A stretch of 64,000 nt of DNA from Naegleria gruberi (Eukaryota): the NCBI GenBank assembly GCA_000004985.1, contig GG738884.1; one strand, 5' to 3'. Both the position numbers and the translations under genes were made by a program. This document shows positions 46,330 to 58,239 of this stretch, piece by piece. The number at the start of each line of letters is the position of its first letter. The first letter of the stretch is position 1. The notes under the pieces were generated by a model that was given only the letters and a program-made list of their open reading frames with translations, did no database searches and had not been told where the DNA came from.

Positions 46330-47008
46330 TGATCTCTTTTATATCGTCTTGCACTTTACTGGCTCGATTCGTATTTTCGAGGCCAGCAAATATTAACCTT
46401 CTTTCCATAAGCTCTGTTGGTGAATCAGTTAAGCCAATCACATTTTGTAAAATAGTGGACATTGGAAGTTGGACAAAGAATAATTGCATCCATTCCCACC
46501 TTTCCATGACAACCAATCTTGTAGTCATTAGTGTTTGTATTGTGGTTGTATTTTTTCTACCACACTCAATTAGGACAATTCCATAGCCAAGATTTAACAC
46601 TTTTAAGGAGTTGAATTCAATATGGCAGAAAGGATTACCTACAATGTAACCTTACACTTAAAAAGAGTGAATTACAGCAAATCAGAGGAGCTAACATTTT
46701 GGCAAGAAAATAATAAAATTTAAAACATTTATGCAAGGAATACATGTAAGATGGTTCAATTTTGTGGTATTAAGAAGGGATAATGTCAATGATCTTTATG
46801 ACAAATAAATTTAGAAAGAAATAGGAGTCGTGTAAATCTTTGGGTACTTTAAGTTTCCACAATTTAAACAGGTTACTCTCAAAACGCCATTTTTCTCATT
46901 CCCAAATTCCTAAATGTAAAAGGGAGTTTTCTTAACTCCTGATACTCCGGAGAACCATTTTAAAAGGGCTTGCTTATCTCATTGAATATTGAAACTAATA
47001 CTGAAAAA

Positions 47009-48664
47009 ATGGCTATTACCCTTGTTAAGGATTTCAATTCAAGCATGTGCAAACTATTAGTTGTGGCAATTATGATTCTAAGCTTTTGTTACACATGTTA
47101 TGGACAACAAACACCAATCATCTCTGCTGAGCCAGAGGTTTCCTACTGGATAAACAATACCAATAGTAAGGAAGATCCAACCACACATGTCTATACTTCA
47201 CAACTGTATCAATATGATAGCTTGTTGGGAAGTCCACCAATGGATTTTGATAACACTCAATTATTCTTTGAGTATGAAAAGGCAGATGGCAATTATTTCT
47301 TCAAAGTGAATGTTATTTCTACTGAAGTCGACTCTATCCAAAAGACGGTATTTGGTATTCTTGAACTATCTGTTCAAAGTGATAAAGGCGTTCCTGATAG
47401 AGCTGTTTTTAGATTTAATGCCCCAAATGGTATCATGAATGTTGATTTACTTAGACATACTAGAGCAACATTCATTGCTCCATCTTCATATTCAATTGAG
47501 TTGAGTCCAGTTGGTGATAAGTATGGTATCATTAGAAGATATTGCAACATGTTTGAAGTAGAGGTTAACTTGAAATTTGTTACTGAATCTTTGGGAAAGA
47601 GTACTTTCCAACTTTCTATCTGGACAGAAGATAGCCCAAATGATCCAACTCCACTCGTTGATTATAGATGGCTTGAAGTTCCTTATCCTGCCTCATTCAT
47701 GATGAAATTGGAATCTGAACCTGCCTTTACTAGATACTTTGGTGTTGGTTTCTTTGGTCAATCACCTGTTAATTATTTGCAAGCTGCTCCTCCAAAGTTC
47801 ATGTTAACTGAAGTCAACAATGTCAAAATTCAAGATATTAAGGATGATAGATTGAATACTGGAACATTCACTGTCATGAAAAGTTATTCCTTCCAATCAG
47901 ATAATCTTAATACAAAGGGTTCTTTCATGCAATACAATTATGCATACACTGACTTGAAAGATATTTATGGAAATGAAGTTGAAATTAAGTTTGACGAAGT
48001 GTATTGTGGAACATCCAATGGTGTTGCATATCAACCTGGTGTTCCAATCTATCCAGTCACTGCTTCCTATGAAAGTTATGGTTCAGTCATGTGTCCAGAA
48101 AGTGTCATGGTTCCAAATAGTGTTGTTATCATCTATGCTAAAGTTGTCATGATTAAGAGACCACAAGTTGATGTTTTGACCGACAGTGAAAAGGTTTCTG
48201 GTGAAGTTTCCAACGGATTCGGCAAACTCATGAGAACTGGCCAAATTGACCAAGATACATGTGTCCTTTTCAAAGGATCTGTTGCCAAAAGCAAACTCTC
48301 CATCTACATGTTACAACAAAAACTCGAAACTTACAATATCAATCCAAGTCCAAAACAATACACTGAACTCCAAACATTAGAAATTGGTTCTGATCTCACC
48401 GCCAAATTCTGTTCCACAAAGGAAAAATTCGATAAGGTTGGAGCATTCCAACAAGAAATGGCCTTCTTGTTACTTTCATCCGAAACTAGTATGGTTAGTG
48501 ACTTTAAACTTGTGGCCTCTGTTGGAGAACCATCTGTGGCTGGAACTGTTGTTGGTATCTTGTTCGCTGTTGGCATTGTTGGTTTGCTCATTGTTGCTTC
48601 CATTATTGGAGGAATCATGTATTGGCGAAGAAGAAAGTCTGCTGCTTATGACTCTATCAATTAA
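47009..48664 (+). CDS. Type I membrane glycoprotein (signal peptide, ~500-aa ectodomain, single C-terminal TM, short basic tail)
   Basis: aaaaaATG start. Signal-like CKLLVVAIMILSFCYTCYGQQ. Many N-x-S/T sites. TM VAGTVVGILFAVGIVGLLIVASIIGGIMYW followed by RRRK. Track start 46970 is TTG. Confidence 0.6.
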   Translation: MAITLVKDFNSSMCKLLVVAIMILSFCYTCYGQQTPIISAEPEVSYWINNTNSKEDPTTHVYTSQLYQYDSLLGSPPMDFDNTQLFFEYEKADGNYFFKVNVISTEVDSIQKTVFGILELSVQSDKGVPDRAVFRFNAPNGIMNVDLLRHTRATFIAPSSYSIELSPVGDKYGIIRRYCNMFEVEVNLKFVTESLGKSTFQLSIWTEDSPNDPTPLVDYRWLEVPYPASFMMKLESEPAFTRYFGVGFFGQSPVNYLQAAPPKFMLTEVNNVKIQDIKDDRLNTGTFTVMKSYSFQSDNLNTKGSFMQYNYAYTDLKDIYGNEVEIKFDEVYCGTSNGVAYQPGVPIYPVTASYESYGSVMCPESVMVPNSVVIIYAKVVMIKRPQVDVLTDSEKVSGEVSNGFGKLMRTGQIDQDTCVLFKGSVAKSKLSIYMLQQKLETYNINPSPKQYTELQTLEIGSDLTAKFCSTKEKFDKVGAFQQEMAFLLLSSETSMVSDFKLVASVGEPSVAGTVVGILFAVGIVGLLIVASIIGGIMYWRRRKSAAYDSIN

Positions 48665-48794
48665 TAAATTACCTGTCCTTCTTTCTCTTTATTGTTTCCA
48701 CAGAATACCTGAATATGTTGCAGTGTAACAAAATGTGTGACATCTCCGTCCATTGGATGGTTGTGAGTAAGAATAATTTCACAACTTGAAAAAA

Positions 48795-51140
48795 ATGTTT
48801 GGACTATTGCAATCGATGGTTAGAATGGAGACCGAAGCTGAGTGTATCACTTTGGCACAACCTAGTGTTGGTATTCATCAAGTTAAACCATTGTTTTTTG
48901 TCAAAAGAAAGGAAAATGATTCGGAAGAATCAACATCCATTGTTGAAATTATTACATCAGCAAAATTAGTAGAATACAATGATGATGATAACAATTCAGA
49001 AAGGAATTGGCAATTTTTGTTCAATAGAAAGACTTTATTTAATAATTCGAGTGGTGGCAATACTACTTTTCAAAAGGAAACTCCTCTCGGGGTAGGATCT
49101 AGTTTGATTGTGGATTGGGAGAGTCAGTTTTTGAATAGTGTTTCCAAGGAGGGAGAATCAAAGAAGGTGAGAGCTTGTTGCTCTTTTAATGTAAGAATAT
49201 GGAGCTCTGCTGATACTCCAAAATATGATCAAGGACTGCCTTGTCTCATTAAGGATTGGAATTTTGATACATTATCGAATGAGAGTTTTCAAATTTTCAA
49301 ATCAAATGATGGAAGTGAAGATGCATGCAGATGTATTGGATTTATTGATGGGAAATTGGTCAGACACTTGTGTCATATGGGACAGAATGCATTGTATATT
49401 GAGGAGAGAGATGGTACAATTGAAGGTATGGAAAAGATTGATGTTCCTAATTGGAATTCTCATTCCTCTTTCATGATTCCTCTTCCTTGTGAAAATTATG
49501 AAGAGAGAAAATATTCACTGAATGCTCTGGTTGGAAATAATAACGCAATCTACAAGTTTAATCTCAAAGAAAAACAATTCGAAAGTGTTGTTCTGAAAGA
49601 TATGACATTCCTCTCTGATTTTGATCTTTCAATGGTTAATTCTCAAGTTATTATTAAGGAAGGTAATAGACTCAGAGTATTCTTAAATATTTCTAATAGT
49701 CTTTTTGAATTGAGATGGAATGAGAAAGAACTAGTTGTTGTAGATCATCTTGTTTGGCTTAGAAATGAAATCAATAATATTGTAAGAGTAGGAAATTCTC
49801 TCCTCATCTTGAGTTCCAAAGGAGACTTTGTTTATACTCCTTCATTATATGATGCTGATGCAAAGACAGGAACTTTGGCGCCAGTCAATATTCCAGAGAA
49901 TACAGCCCACAAATTGCTATGGGATGATGAAACCATGTCCTTAATTAATGGAATCGATTTGTTAAAGGGTGAATCAAATTGCACAATTTTGACAAGTGAA
50001 ACTATCTCACAACTGGAAACAAAGCCAATCTCTGAACGCTATTCTGAGAAGGATTTGTTGAATCAATATCTATTCAAGAACTATGTACCACCAAAAATTA
50101 CAGATGCACTCTCAGTCACAGAACGCCAACCAGGAGATCATTCATTCAGAGGAGATGTTTACTACGAGTGTAAAAAAGGTCGATACAATGATATGGAAAT
50201 TATTGCTGGAATTAAATGTAGAGAGAATGAAAAATTGAAATTTGCAATCTCTCCACAATATGTTGAATTGAATCCACAAGATTTGGCAGATTACTTGGGA
50301 GCTCCTGTGATGGTTCCTAATTTTAATGGTGAAACTTTTGCTGTAGGTCACATTCATGATATGGATGGGAAGAAAAGAGATTCTGACTCTGTTATAATTC
50401 ATCGTGGATTTTTTAGCAACTTTAATTTGAAAGGAAATGACTTTCTTGCCATTCTCTCTCCAAAAGATGAAACCTCGGCCACCCCAGAAGAAATTTCAAA
50501 TAGTGGAAATCAAGAATGGAAAGAGCTAGCAACAAGAAAGCAGTTAAGAGTTGACTCAAATCAAATAAGAGTGGCTGACTTTACAAACAGGGGTTATGTT
50601 GAAATTGATAATGTGGAGAGTGGTATTTGGTCGTATAATCAAAAACTTGAAGATGATCTTCCAGGTCAATTAATTGCCTTTAATCAAAATTACAAAGATT
50701 CAATCAATACGAATATTGAACAAGATTGGAATGTTCCAGATGAAACTTTTTCTGAGGAATTACACAATTCATATAGTATTTCTGAATTGACATCAAAAAC
50801 AAGACCATTAAGTAATGATTGGCAAGTGTCAGCATGTGGAATTTGTGTAGATGGTGGCAATGTTGGAATTTTTGATGCAATCCATTACCAAGATGACACT
50901 GTATTCGGTATGGAAGCAAAAGGATTTGACAAATATTTCAAATCATATGACTCTGGTTGGACTGGTCAATTGAACAGCATGTTGAGGGAACAAAGCTATC
51001 CACTATTGATGAATATTCCATTTGGTATCATTTCAAGAGATGCTGACACAGGCGATGGAAGATTTGCCTGTTTATCCAAAGTGTACAATGGAAAAGTTGT
51101 AGCCGTTAAGGTGATTATTCAACATTCTGCCTATGAATAA
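48795..51140 (+). CDS. Hypothetical large protein
   Basis: 781-aa single ORF from the first ATG (track start 48786 is TTG). No recognised family. Confidence 0.5.
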   Translation: MFGLLQSMVRMETEAECITLAQPSVGIHQVKPLFFVKRKENDSEESTSIVEIITSAKLVEYNDDDNNSERNWQFLFNRKTLFNNSSGGNTTFQKETPLGVGSSLIVDWESQFLNSVSKEGESKKVRACCSFNVRIWSSADTPKYDQGLPCLIKDWNFDTLSNESFQIFKSNDGSEDACRCIGFIDGKLVRHLCHMGQNALYIEERDGTIEGMEKIDVPNWNSHSSFMIPLPCENYEERKYSLNALVGNNNAIYKFNLKEKQFESVVLKDMTFLSDFDLSMVNSQVIIKEGNRLRVFLNISNSLFELRWNEKELVVVDHLVWLRNEINNIVRVGNSLLILSSKGDFVYTPSLYDADAKTGTLAPVNIPENTAHKLLWDDETMSLINGIDLLKGESNCTILTSETISQLETKPISERYSEKDLLNQYLFKNYVPPKITDALSVTERQPGDHSFRGDVYYECKKGRYNDMEIIAGIKCRENEKLKFAISPQYVELNPQDLADYLGAPVMVPNFNGETFAVGHIHDMDGKKRDSDSVIIHRGFFSNFNLKGNDFLAILSPKDETSATPEEISNSGNQEWKELATRKQLRVDSNQIRVADFTNRGYVEIDNVESGIWSYNQKLEDDLPGQLIAFNQNYKDSINTNIEQDWNVPDETFSEELHNSYSISELTSKTRPLSNDWQVSACGICVDGGNVGIFDAIHYQDDTVFGMEAKGFDKYFKSYDSGWTGQLNSMLREQSYPLLMNIPFGIISRDADTGDGRFACLSKVYNGKVVAVKVIIQHSAYE

Positions 51141-51442
51141 TAAGTAACGCAACTAATTATTGTAGAGTTTGAATATCTATTGTAAAATATTATGAACCAT
51201 TTATTTCTCATTTAAAAGCACTCAATGCTCCCTTAAAGCACTATTGAATACATACAATTCAGGTTGAAAATCTGCGATTTTGAAGCCTTCTTTTTGATTA
51301 CATCACATGAAAGAGGTGTTACAATAAAGATTCAACTCAAATGGACATTAAACACAGTATCGTTCAACAACAAACGAAAAAAAATACATCAACTGTTATT
51401 GTGGAGAGTATTTTCAGTTTTTGTTAGTTGGAAAAAAAGCGT

Positions 51443-53270
51443 ATGATGATGATGGTCGGAGATACGTTCAATAGAAAGATTTTAATAGCCTCCGTTGTGA
51501 TGGCAATGCTGATCTTTGTGATGACAATGGTGGAGAGTAGAAGAATAATATCACCATTCAAGACAAATACTGATAATGTAGATACATTTAAAGTGTTTCC
51601 ACTTCCTGATCAATATTCAACAGGATCAATTGTTGGTATAATCCCTGATTGGAAGAATTTCAATATTGCTTTTCAACAAAATCCAGAATCACCTGGAGAT
51701 TTTGATATTATTTCTGATGCATTCGAGAGATATGGTGGAATGATTTTCTATAATCAAGCTGTTGATTCATCTGCAACTTGTCCTACATTGAATGGTACAA
51801 AAGTTTATTGTATGAATAGAGCTGTTTTGACTATTCTTAAAGGAAGTACTGATTTAATTCCAAAACCATTCCTTGGTATGGATGAAAGTTATGCTATTAC
51901 TGTCAATCCAAGTGATGGATTTATTCAAATGACAGCTAATACTGTTTGGGGAGGTCTCAGAGCTTTGGAATCAATTTCACAACTTATTGTGCCAACTGAC
52001 AATATGAATGGAGTTGATTTTGGAAAGGTTTATTATTCATTCGCTGAATATTTACCTATTCTAATTAAGGATCAACCAAGATTTTCTTGGAGAGGATTTC
52101 TTGTAGACACCAGTAGACATTATTACTCTGTTAAGAAGATTTTGCAAATCATTGATTCTCTTGCCTATTTAAAGATGAACGTTTTCCATTGGCATATTGT
52201 TGATGCTCAAAGCTTCCCTCTTGTCGTCGATGCCTATCCAAACCTCAGTGGAAAGGGTGCCTATCAAAAGAAGGCTGTTTACTCTGCTGAAGATATTCTT
52301 GCCATTACTGAATATGGTAGAAGAAGAGGTGTCAGAGTTATTCCAGAAATTGATATTCCAGGTCATGCTGGATCTTGGGGATTTGGTTATCCTGAAATTA
52401 CTGCCAACTGTCCAAGTTACAAGCACAACATCAATAATATTCCACTCAATATTGCTGAACCAAAGACTTACCAAGTGTTAGGAGCTATCATCAAGCAATT
52501 AGTTCAAAATGGATTTTCTGATCAGTACTACCACTTTGGTGGAGATGAACTCGTCATGGGTTGTTGGCTCCAAGATCCAAGTATTCTATCATTCATGAAG
52601 CAAAAGGGATTCACACAACCAGTCCAATTGTTGCACTACTTTGAAGATAATTTGAGAACCTTGTACAAACCATACAATAAGACTATGATTTGTTGGGAAG
52701 AACTCGCTTTGGAATACGGATACAATTTGCCAAAGGATACTATTGTTCATGTTTGGAAGGAAAGACACACTCTTATTGACGTTGTCAAGATGGGTTACCA
52801 AACCTTGTTGAGTGGTGGTTGGTATTTGGATCAACAAATTCCAAACCATAATCAAACTTTCTATGGTATGTTTCTTCTAAATTTCTCAAATATTAATTCT
52901 AATAATTTCAAATTAATCGATTACTGAATTGTGAATGTTTTCTTAAACAGAATGGGTTGATACTTGGATTAATTTTTATCAAAATGACCCAACTGAAGGA
53001 TTTGGTATGACTGATAGTCAAAAGAAATTAGTTTTGGGTGGTGAAGGAGCCATGTGGAGTGAACAAGTCGATGATGCCAACTTTGACTCTCGTGTCTTCC
53101 CTCGTACTCTTGCTATTGCTGAAAGATTGTGGAGTAGTAGTTCTGTTACTGACCTCACTAGTGCCAGAATCAGAATGGAATACAGCAGATGTAACGTCTT
53201 GGTTCGTAGAGGTGTCAATGCTGGTCCAGTAATGCCAGGTTATTGTCAAGCTACTTATGATAACTTCTAA
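51443..53270 (+). CDS. Beta-hexosaminidase (glycoside hydrolase family 20); exons 51443..52865, 52951..53270
   Basis: Signal peptide. GH20 catalytic-region blocks: RGFLVDTSRHYYSV, NVFHWHIVDAQSFPL, IPEIDIPGHAGSW, HFGGDEL. C-terminal WYLD..GGEGAMWSEQVD...ERLWS. Intron GTATGT..aaacAG is phase 1. First ATG is 51443 (track start 51428 is TTG). Confidence 0.85.
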
Positions 53271-53746
53271 ACTAAGCAAAACTGAAACCTATTATTTATT
53301 AAAATTATTTATTAACATAATTCTTAACATTTTCAATTTGGCGCACCTCAAAACAAGTCTTTCTTATTGAGAGTTGTTCGAAGACCTTTAATCAACAATA
53401 AATAGAAATCATTCACCTCATCCTTTATTGAGGAAAGTTCAGTCTGTTTTTGATGAAATAATGGCCCAACCTTTTGATAGTTCGTTAGAATTAGATAGCT
53501 TAATGGGATGCTGTAAGAAATTATTAAGAGCAAAAGAAAGTGTAAATGATTTTCGATATTAGAACATGTTAAGTTCACTTGAAGAGTTAAAACAACAACT
53601 TACATCCTCTTTTTAATAAAACAATTCTTTGAAAATTAAATCAACAATTGTATTCACACCTTAAACTCTTCATTGTTCATCACAGCATCCAGACAATGTA
53701 ATTGACAAAAAAGAAACAGTCCAAATTCTGTACATACCATTATCTG

Positions 53747-56700
53747 ATGACTGAATTGGAACAATCCATAAAGCAGGCACACAGTATTCAATTCCTTCTC
53801 TCTCTAACGTGTTATGGTAGACTATTTTTAGGTTTTGACAACAAAAAATACAGGCAACACAATAACCTCACCACAACCACGTCGACGAATAGGGCAATGA
53901 GTAATAATAATAATTATGTGGTGAGGCCTTTGAATGGCACTAACAATAGCAATTCGGGCCGATCTGCATCAAATACAACAACTAGTATTCCATCGGCTCC
54001 TCCACTAGAATCTTCATCTCCAACCACACAAAAACAACCTTCATCCATTGTACATAATATCTATCCACCTGTAAATAATTTTGGTGCAGCAACAGCTTTT
54101 CCAAATAATAATACATCTTCAGCAGCATCAACTATTTATCCAAAATTACCTGATCAGCAATTATCTGTAAATCAACACTTGTACAATATTCAAAAACAAC
54201 ATCAACGACCAAGTAATAGTAACAACAACTCTACTAACAATGGTTCATCACAACAACCAATGAGTAAATCATCAGTTCCGAATACTAGTACCAAAAAGAC
54301 TTCTAAAAAGAACGAACCATCCTCTGCCAAAATATTATATGATTCATCTTCACAATTAATTTCAGGTATTTCCTCCTATGTAAAGAGTATTCCGTGGACA
54401 AATATTGCAAAACAATTCAATGAAAACGTTATTCAGCCATATAGTACCTATGTATCATCAGCTATTGGTTCTGGAATTTCAATTACTAATAATACATCTG
54501 GTGGTGATATGAGTCAATGCAACTCGGATACAAATATTTATACCTCTCATTTAGGACGATTGATATGGTCTGACTTAAGGTTTTTACCAGTTACCGATTC
54601 GAATTCAACCGATGAACGTTTATTCATGATTTTGGCCTTTACTAATGGTTTTCAAATTTTTGACATTAATGATCCTAATAACGTTAGAGAAATTATAACC
54701 TCAAGTTCTGATGAGTGGGAATTGAATAAGGAATCAATTAGTGAAATTATTGGTAGAACAATGAATGTAGTATCATCAGCAAATAATACTGACAATGCTC
54801 CTACTACAAATGGTAGCATTAGTAATGCAGTTCCTGAAAACAATTTTGAACAAACTGAGCAGGAGGAAAATTCTATTGAAAATTCTGGTCCAATTACCGT
54901 CATGAATTCAGATTTAGATAGAAATCAGGACCACTCTTCTTTTTTCAACCTGGACTATGTTGACCATGATTATGAGGAAATAAGCAGTGCTCAACCAACC
55001 AACCCCCCTAAATCAACACTAAATATTGATGATTGGTACAATAGAATGCTAGACGATTCAGATTATGAGGAAGAGTATTCACTGGATCAAACCAGAAGAG
55101 AACCAACAAAACCTGCCTCAACCGCCACTACCACAACACCTCTCTATACTCCCGAAAAAGTTAAGGAAACCAAGGATGAAGTCAAAAAGCAACCTGAGTC
55201 AGTCACCCCTTCTACTTCTCAACAACCACCTGAAACAGAAGAACCTACAAATAGGGAAATTTATTATCCTGAAATGAATGTTCCAGACACTCTTGGCCCT
55301 ATTAAAATGGCAACTCTCCTCTCCAGACCTTCCAAGAAGGCTATCAAAAGAAGTGAAAAACGTGCCTTCGACCAACCTTCATACCTCAATTATTATCCCC
55401 TTGTTGCTGTTGTTACTGAAACTGAGCCAAATATTGTGCATCTCTACTCATTGAAATATCAATGCTTCTTGGATGATAGCGTTAAAATCTATTGTCATAA
55501 TCCTAATACTGAAAAAGTTACTGTTTTTCAGACTGTTTCTTCAGAAGATTCCTTCATTGTTTCAGACTCTTCAGGTCAAATTTTCTTTTTAGATCCTTGT
55601 ACATTTAATTTATTATCACAAGGAGTTTGTTTCCCTTCTCCTGATAATTTTACAAAGAATTACTCAAGCGAAAACGACTCTAAAAAGAAAAGGAAAAATC
55701 AAAAGAAGAGAATTGATCCAAAAGCATATGGAGGTATCATAGCATGCAGAAATCGATTTGCTGCTTTTGCAAGTGGAACTGAAGTTTTAAATGCCAAATT
55801 AGATTTTACTACAAGAATTAATTCCACTCTAACTGAGAGATCTTGGGAAGTTGCAAAGAAAGCAGCCACTGGTATTTACATGTTGGGAGATTTAGGCCTC
55901 AAGAAGGTTTCCAAATATTGGTTTGAGGATGGAAAGAAAAAGAGTTCTGACAGTGAATCTGGTAGTGATGGATCTAACGATAATAGTGAAGATGAGGGAT
56001 TAAATGATGAAGAAGCATCATTCTCTTCTCTTTGGAACGGTGATATTCCTCAAGAATTACTATCCTATCAACAGACTGTTGGTACTGTAGAAATTAGAGA
56101 TTTGAAAACTAACAGAGTTTTAATGCATTTTAGAGCCCATAATGAACCTATTGCTGCCATGGCATTTGATAGAACAGGTACTCTGCTTTGTACAGCTCCA
56201 ATTTCTGGAAAGTATTTGAATGTTTTCCAAATATTACCAAACTGTTACGGTGCTAATGGTGATTCTATAGCAAGCGAGAAAAATGTAAAATTATTGTACA
56301 GATTGTACAGAGGTTTAACTTCTGCACACATTCAAGATATTCACTTCAGTGTAAATAGCAAATGGGTAGCAGCATGCTCTGCTAGAGGAACTATCCATCT
56401 TTATGCCATCAATCCAACAGGTGGACCAATTGATCCTAGATTCCACTTTAATGGAGAACAAGAAAATCAGTCAGCTAATTCAAATGAACCAATAGTTCTC
56501 AATGTTATTGCCCGTATTCATGATCCAACTGCTGGTAAGAGAACAAATTCATTAGGACAACCACTCACTCAAACAAGATCTGTTTTCCAACTCTATGCTC
56601 TTCCAGAAATCAAATCTCAAAGTACCATCGAAGCATCAGAAAAGTTTTCAACAGAAGAAGATTTATATTGGGAACGTCAAAATGCAACCATCAATAATGA

Positions 56701-58075
56701 AAACATTCTAGTAACTCTGAATTGTGGCATGTTGAGTTATTACTTGCTAAAACCACAACTAAAGAAGAGGGATAGAGCAGCTTCTGCTGAAAATCTTAGT
56801 AGAACAACTGTGGGAACAGCTTCTTCTGGTATTTCTATGGTTGCTATTAGCTCTGATAGACCTGTGTACTCACCTGAAGATTTTGAACTCTCTCTCAATG
56901 TTGAATTGTTGGCCAGGTTTGACACTTTCCAACCACAATTTACTCCTCAAGAACTTGCTTACGATGCTCTTACTGGACAACCAACAAGAAACGAGGAAGA
57001 AACCGTCATGGAGATACAAAGAAAAAAGAAGCTACACAGTATTACATGGAACCAACTCTTGGGTAAAGTCAATGAAATGGATACCACCTATCAAGCAAGA
57101 TATGTAGATGAGACCCAGGACATGTTGTCAAAATGGATTTCGAACGTCGAGCTAGAAACTCACTCTTATCCAACCAATCCTTTGTGGGCTACTGGACATT
57201 TCAAATTTAAGACCATCAAGTCCAATTCAGATATCCTTGAGAATGCGAATGATAATACTATTTTCAAAATTGGAGATAATGATTATGATCAAATTAGTGA
57301 TATTAGCAAGAGTCTTTATATTAAGGTTTCTAATCCTATTCCTCTGAATCATGCAGAAAACTTTTTGCAAGATGATCCTAAACCTGAAACTGTAAAGAGT
57401 GATGTCATTATCAAAGCAATTACTACACCAATCTCTCAACCACCAACAAAAATTACTGTACCACTGTCAAAAATAGCTGTTCCTGATTCTAAAAAGCCAA
57501 CTATTATTCCTCAACCAATACTTAATACTGGAAGAAATAAGTCCCCAGTTAAACAATTCCAACCACAAGTGAAAATTGTAGAGGAAAAGAAGACGATTAT
57601 TGATAGCATTGTTGATGGAGAAGTCTCCTCGGAAGAAGATGAGGAAGTTTCAACTGTTCAACAACAAACCGATGTTCCATATGTTGGAAAGAGTTTCTTT
57701 GGAGATATTCAGCCACAACAACAACCAACAGTTCAATATACCAAACCAAAAGATCTCAAAGAAGACAATTTGCTTTTCTTCTCCCATATGGAAAATTATT
57801 TTGACAAGTCAGAAAGGGAACAAAATGGTGAAACAGATACCACTGTGAGAAATGGTTCAGAATCTCCTGAAACTAAACCAACACTCATTCCAAACCATTT
57901 CAGTCTGTCTTCATCCATTCACCAAGATTATTTTAACGATGAAGAAGATGCTCATTCTGAATTGGAGAGAAGAGAACAATTTTTAAACACCAGTCTATTG
58001 AAGGAGTCTATAATGATTAATCACTTAGAAGATGACGATGATGATGAGGAAAAGTTAGACGAATACTTTAATTAA
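53747..58075 (+). CDS. PROPPIN-family WD40 beta-propeller protein (BCAS3/WIPI-like) with long low-complexity inserts
   Basis: Blades matching the PROPPIN pattern: LIWSDLRFLPV...ERLFMILAFTNGFQIFDINDPNNV, FRAHNEPIAAMAFDRTGTLLCTAPISGKYLNVFQI (compare WIPI [33 protein letters not shown]), LYRLYRGLTSAHIQDIHFSVNSKWVAACSARGTIHLYAI (FRRG-like position). Start is uncertain: first ATG is 53747, a later ATG is at 53897. Track start is TTG. Confidence 0.55.
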   Translation: MTELEQSIKQAHSIQFLLSLTCYGRLFLGFDNKKYRQHNNLTTTTSTNRAMSNNNNYVVRPLNGTNNSNSGRSASNTTTSIPSAPPLESSSPTTQKQPSSIVHNIYPPVNNFGAATAFPNNNTSSAASTIYPKLPDQQLSVNQHLYNIQKQHQRPSNSNNNSTNNGSSQQPMSKSSVPNTSTKKTSKKNEPSSAKILYDSSSQLISGISSYVKSIPWTNIAKQFNENVIQPYSTYVSSAIGSGISITNNTSGGDMSQCNSDTNIYTSHLGRLIWSDLRFLPVTDSNSTDERLFMILAFTNGFQIFDINDPNNVREIITSSSDEWELNKESISEIIGRTMNVVSSANNTDNAPTTNGSISNAVPENNFEQTEQEENSIENSGPITVMNSDLDRNQDHSSFFNLDYVDHDYEEISSAQPTNPPKSTLNIDDWYNRMLDDSDYEEEYSLDQTRREPTKPASTATTTTPLYTPEKVKETKDEVKKQPESVTPSTSQQPPETEEPTNREIYYPEMNVPDTLGPIKMATLLSRPSKKAIKRSEKRAFDQPSYLNYYPLVAVVTETEPNIVHLYSLKYQCFLDDSVKIYCHNPNTEKVTVFQTVSSEDSFIVSDSSGQIFFLDPCTFNLLSQGVCFPSPDNFTKNYSSENDSKKKRKNQKKRIDPKAYGGIIACRNRFAAFASGTEVLNAKLDFTTRINSTLTERSWEVAKKAATGIYMLGDLGLKKVSKYWFEDGKKKSSDSESGSDGSNDNSEDEGLNDEEASFSSLWNGDIPQELLSYQQTVGTVEIRDLKTNRVLMHFRAHNEPIAAMAFDRTGTLLCTAPISGKYLNVFQILPNCYGANGDSIASEKNVKLLYRLYRGLTSAHIQDIHFSVNSKWVAACSARGTIHLYAINPTGGPIDPRFHFNGEQENQSANSNEPIVLNVIARIHDPTAGKRTNSLGQPLTQTRSVFQLYALPEIKSQSTIEASEKFSTEEDLYWERQNATINNENILVTLNCGMLSYYLLKPQLKKRDRAASAENLSRTTVGTASSGISMVAISSDRPVYSPEDFELSLNVELLARFDTFQPQFTPQELAYDALTGQPTRNEEETVMEIQRKKKLHSITWNQLLGKVNEMDTTYQARYVDETQDMLSKWISNVELETHSYPTNPLWATGHFKFKTIKSNSDILENANDNTIFKIGDNDYDQISDISKSLYIKVSNPIPLNHAENFLQDDPKPETVKSDVIIKAITTPISQPPTKITVPLSKIAVPDSKKPTIIPQPILNTGRNKSPVKQFQPQVKIVEEKKTIIDSIVDGEVSSEEDEEVSTVQQQTDVPYVGKSFFGDIQPQQQPTVQYTKPKDLKEDNLLFFSHMENYFDKSEREQNGETDTTVRNGSESPETKPTLIPNHFSLSSSIHQDYFNDEEDAHSELERREQFLNTSLLKESIMINHLEDDDDDEEKLDEYFN

Positions 58076-58239
58076 TAAAGATATTTCCCCTAATTTCGAC
58101 ACAATTGACACGGTAAAAGCAGATTATTAATCTTTCCAACTTGAATCAAAATTCAGAATTGAAAAGATTAATACTCAACAACCAAGATTACAATAGAAAA
58201 AGCGATGAATATTTAATTAAAAAATTATTTTTAAAAAAA

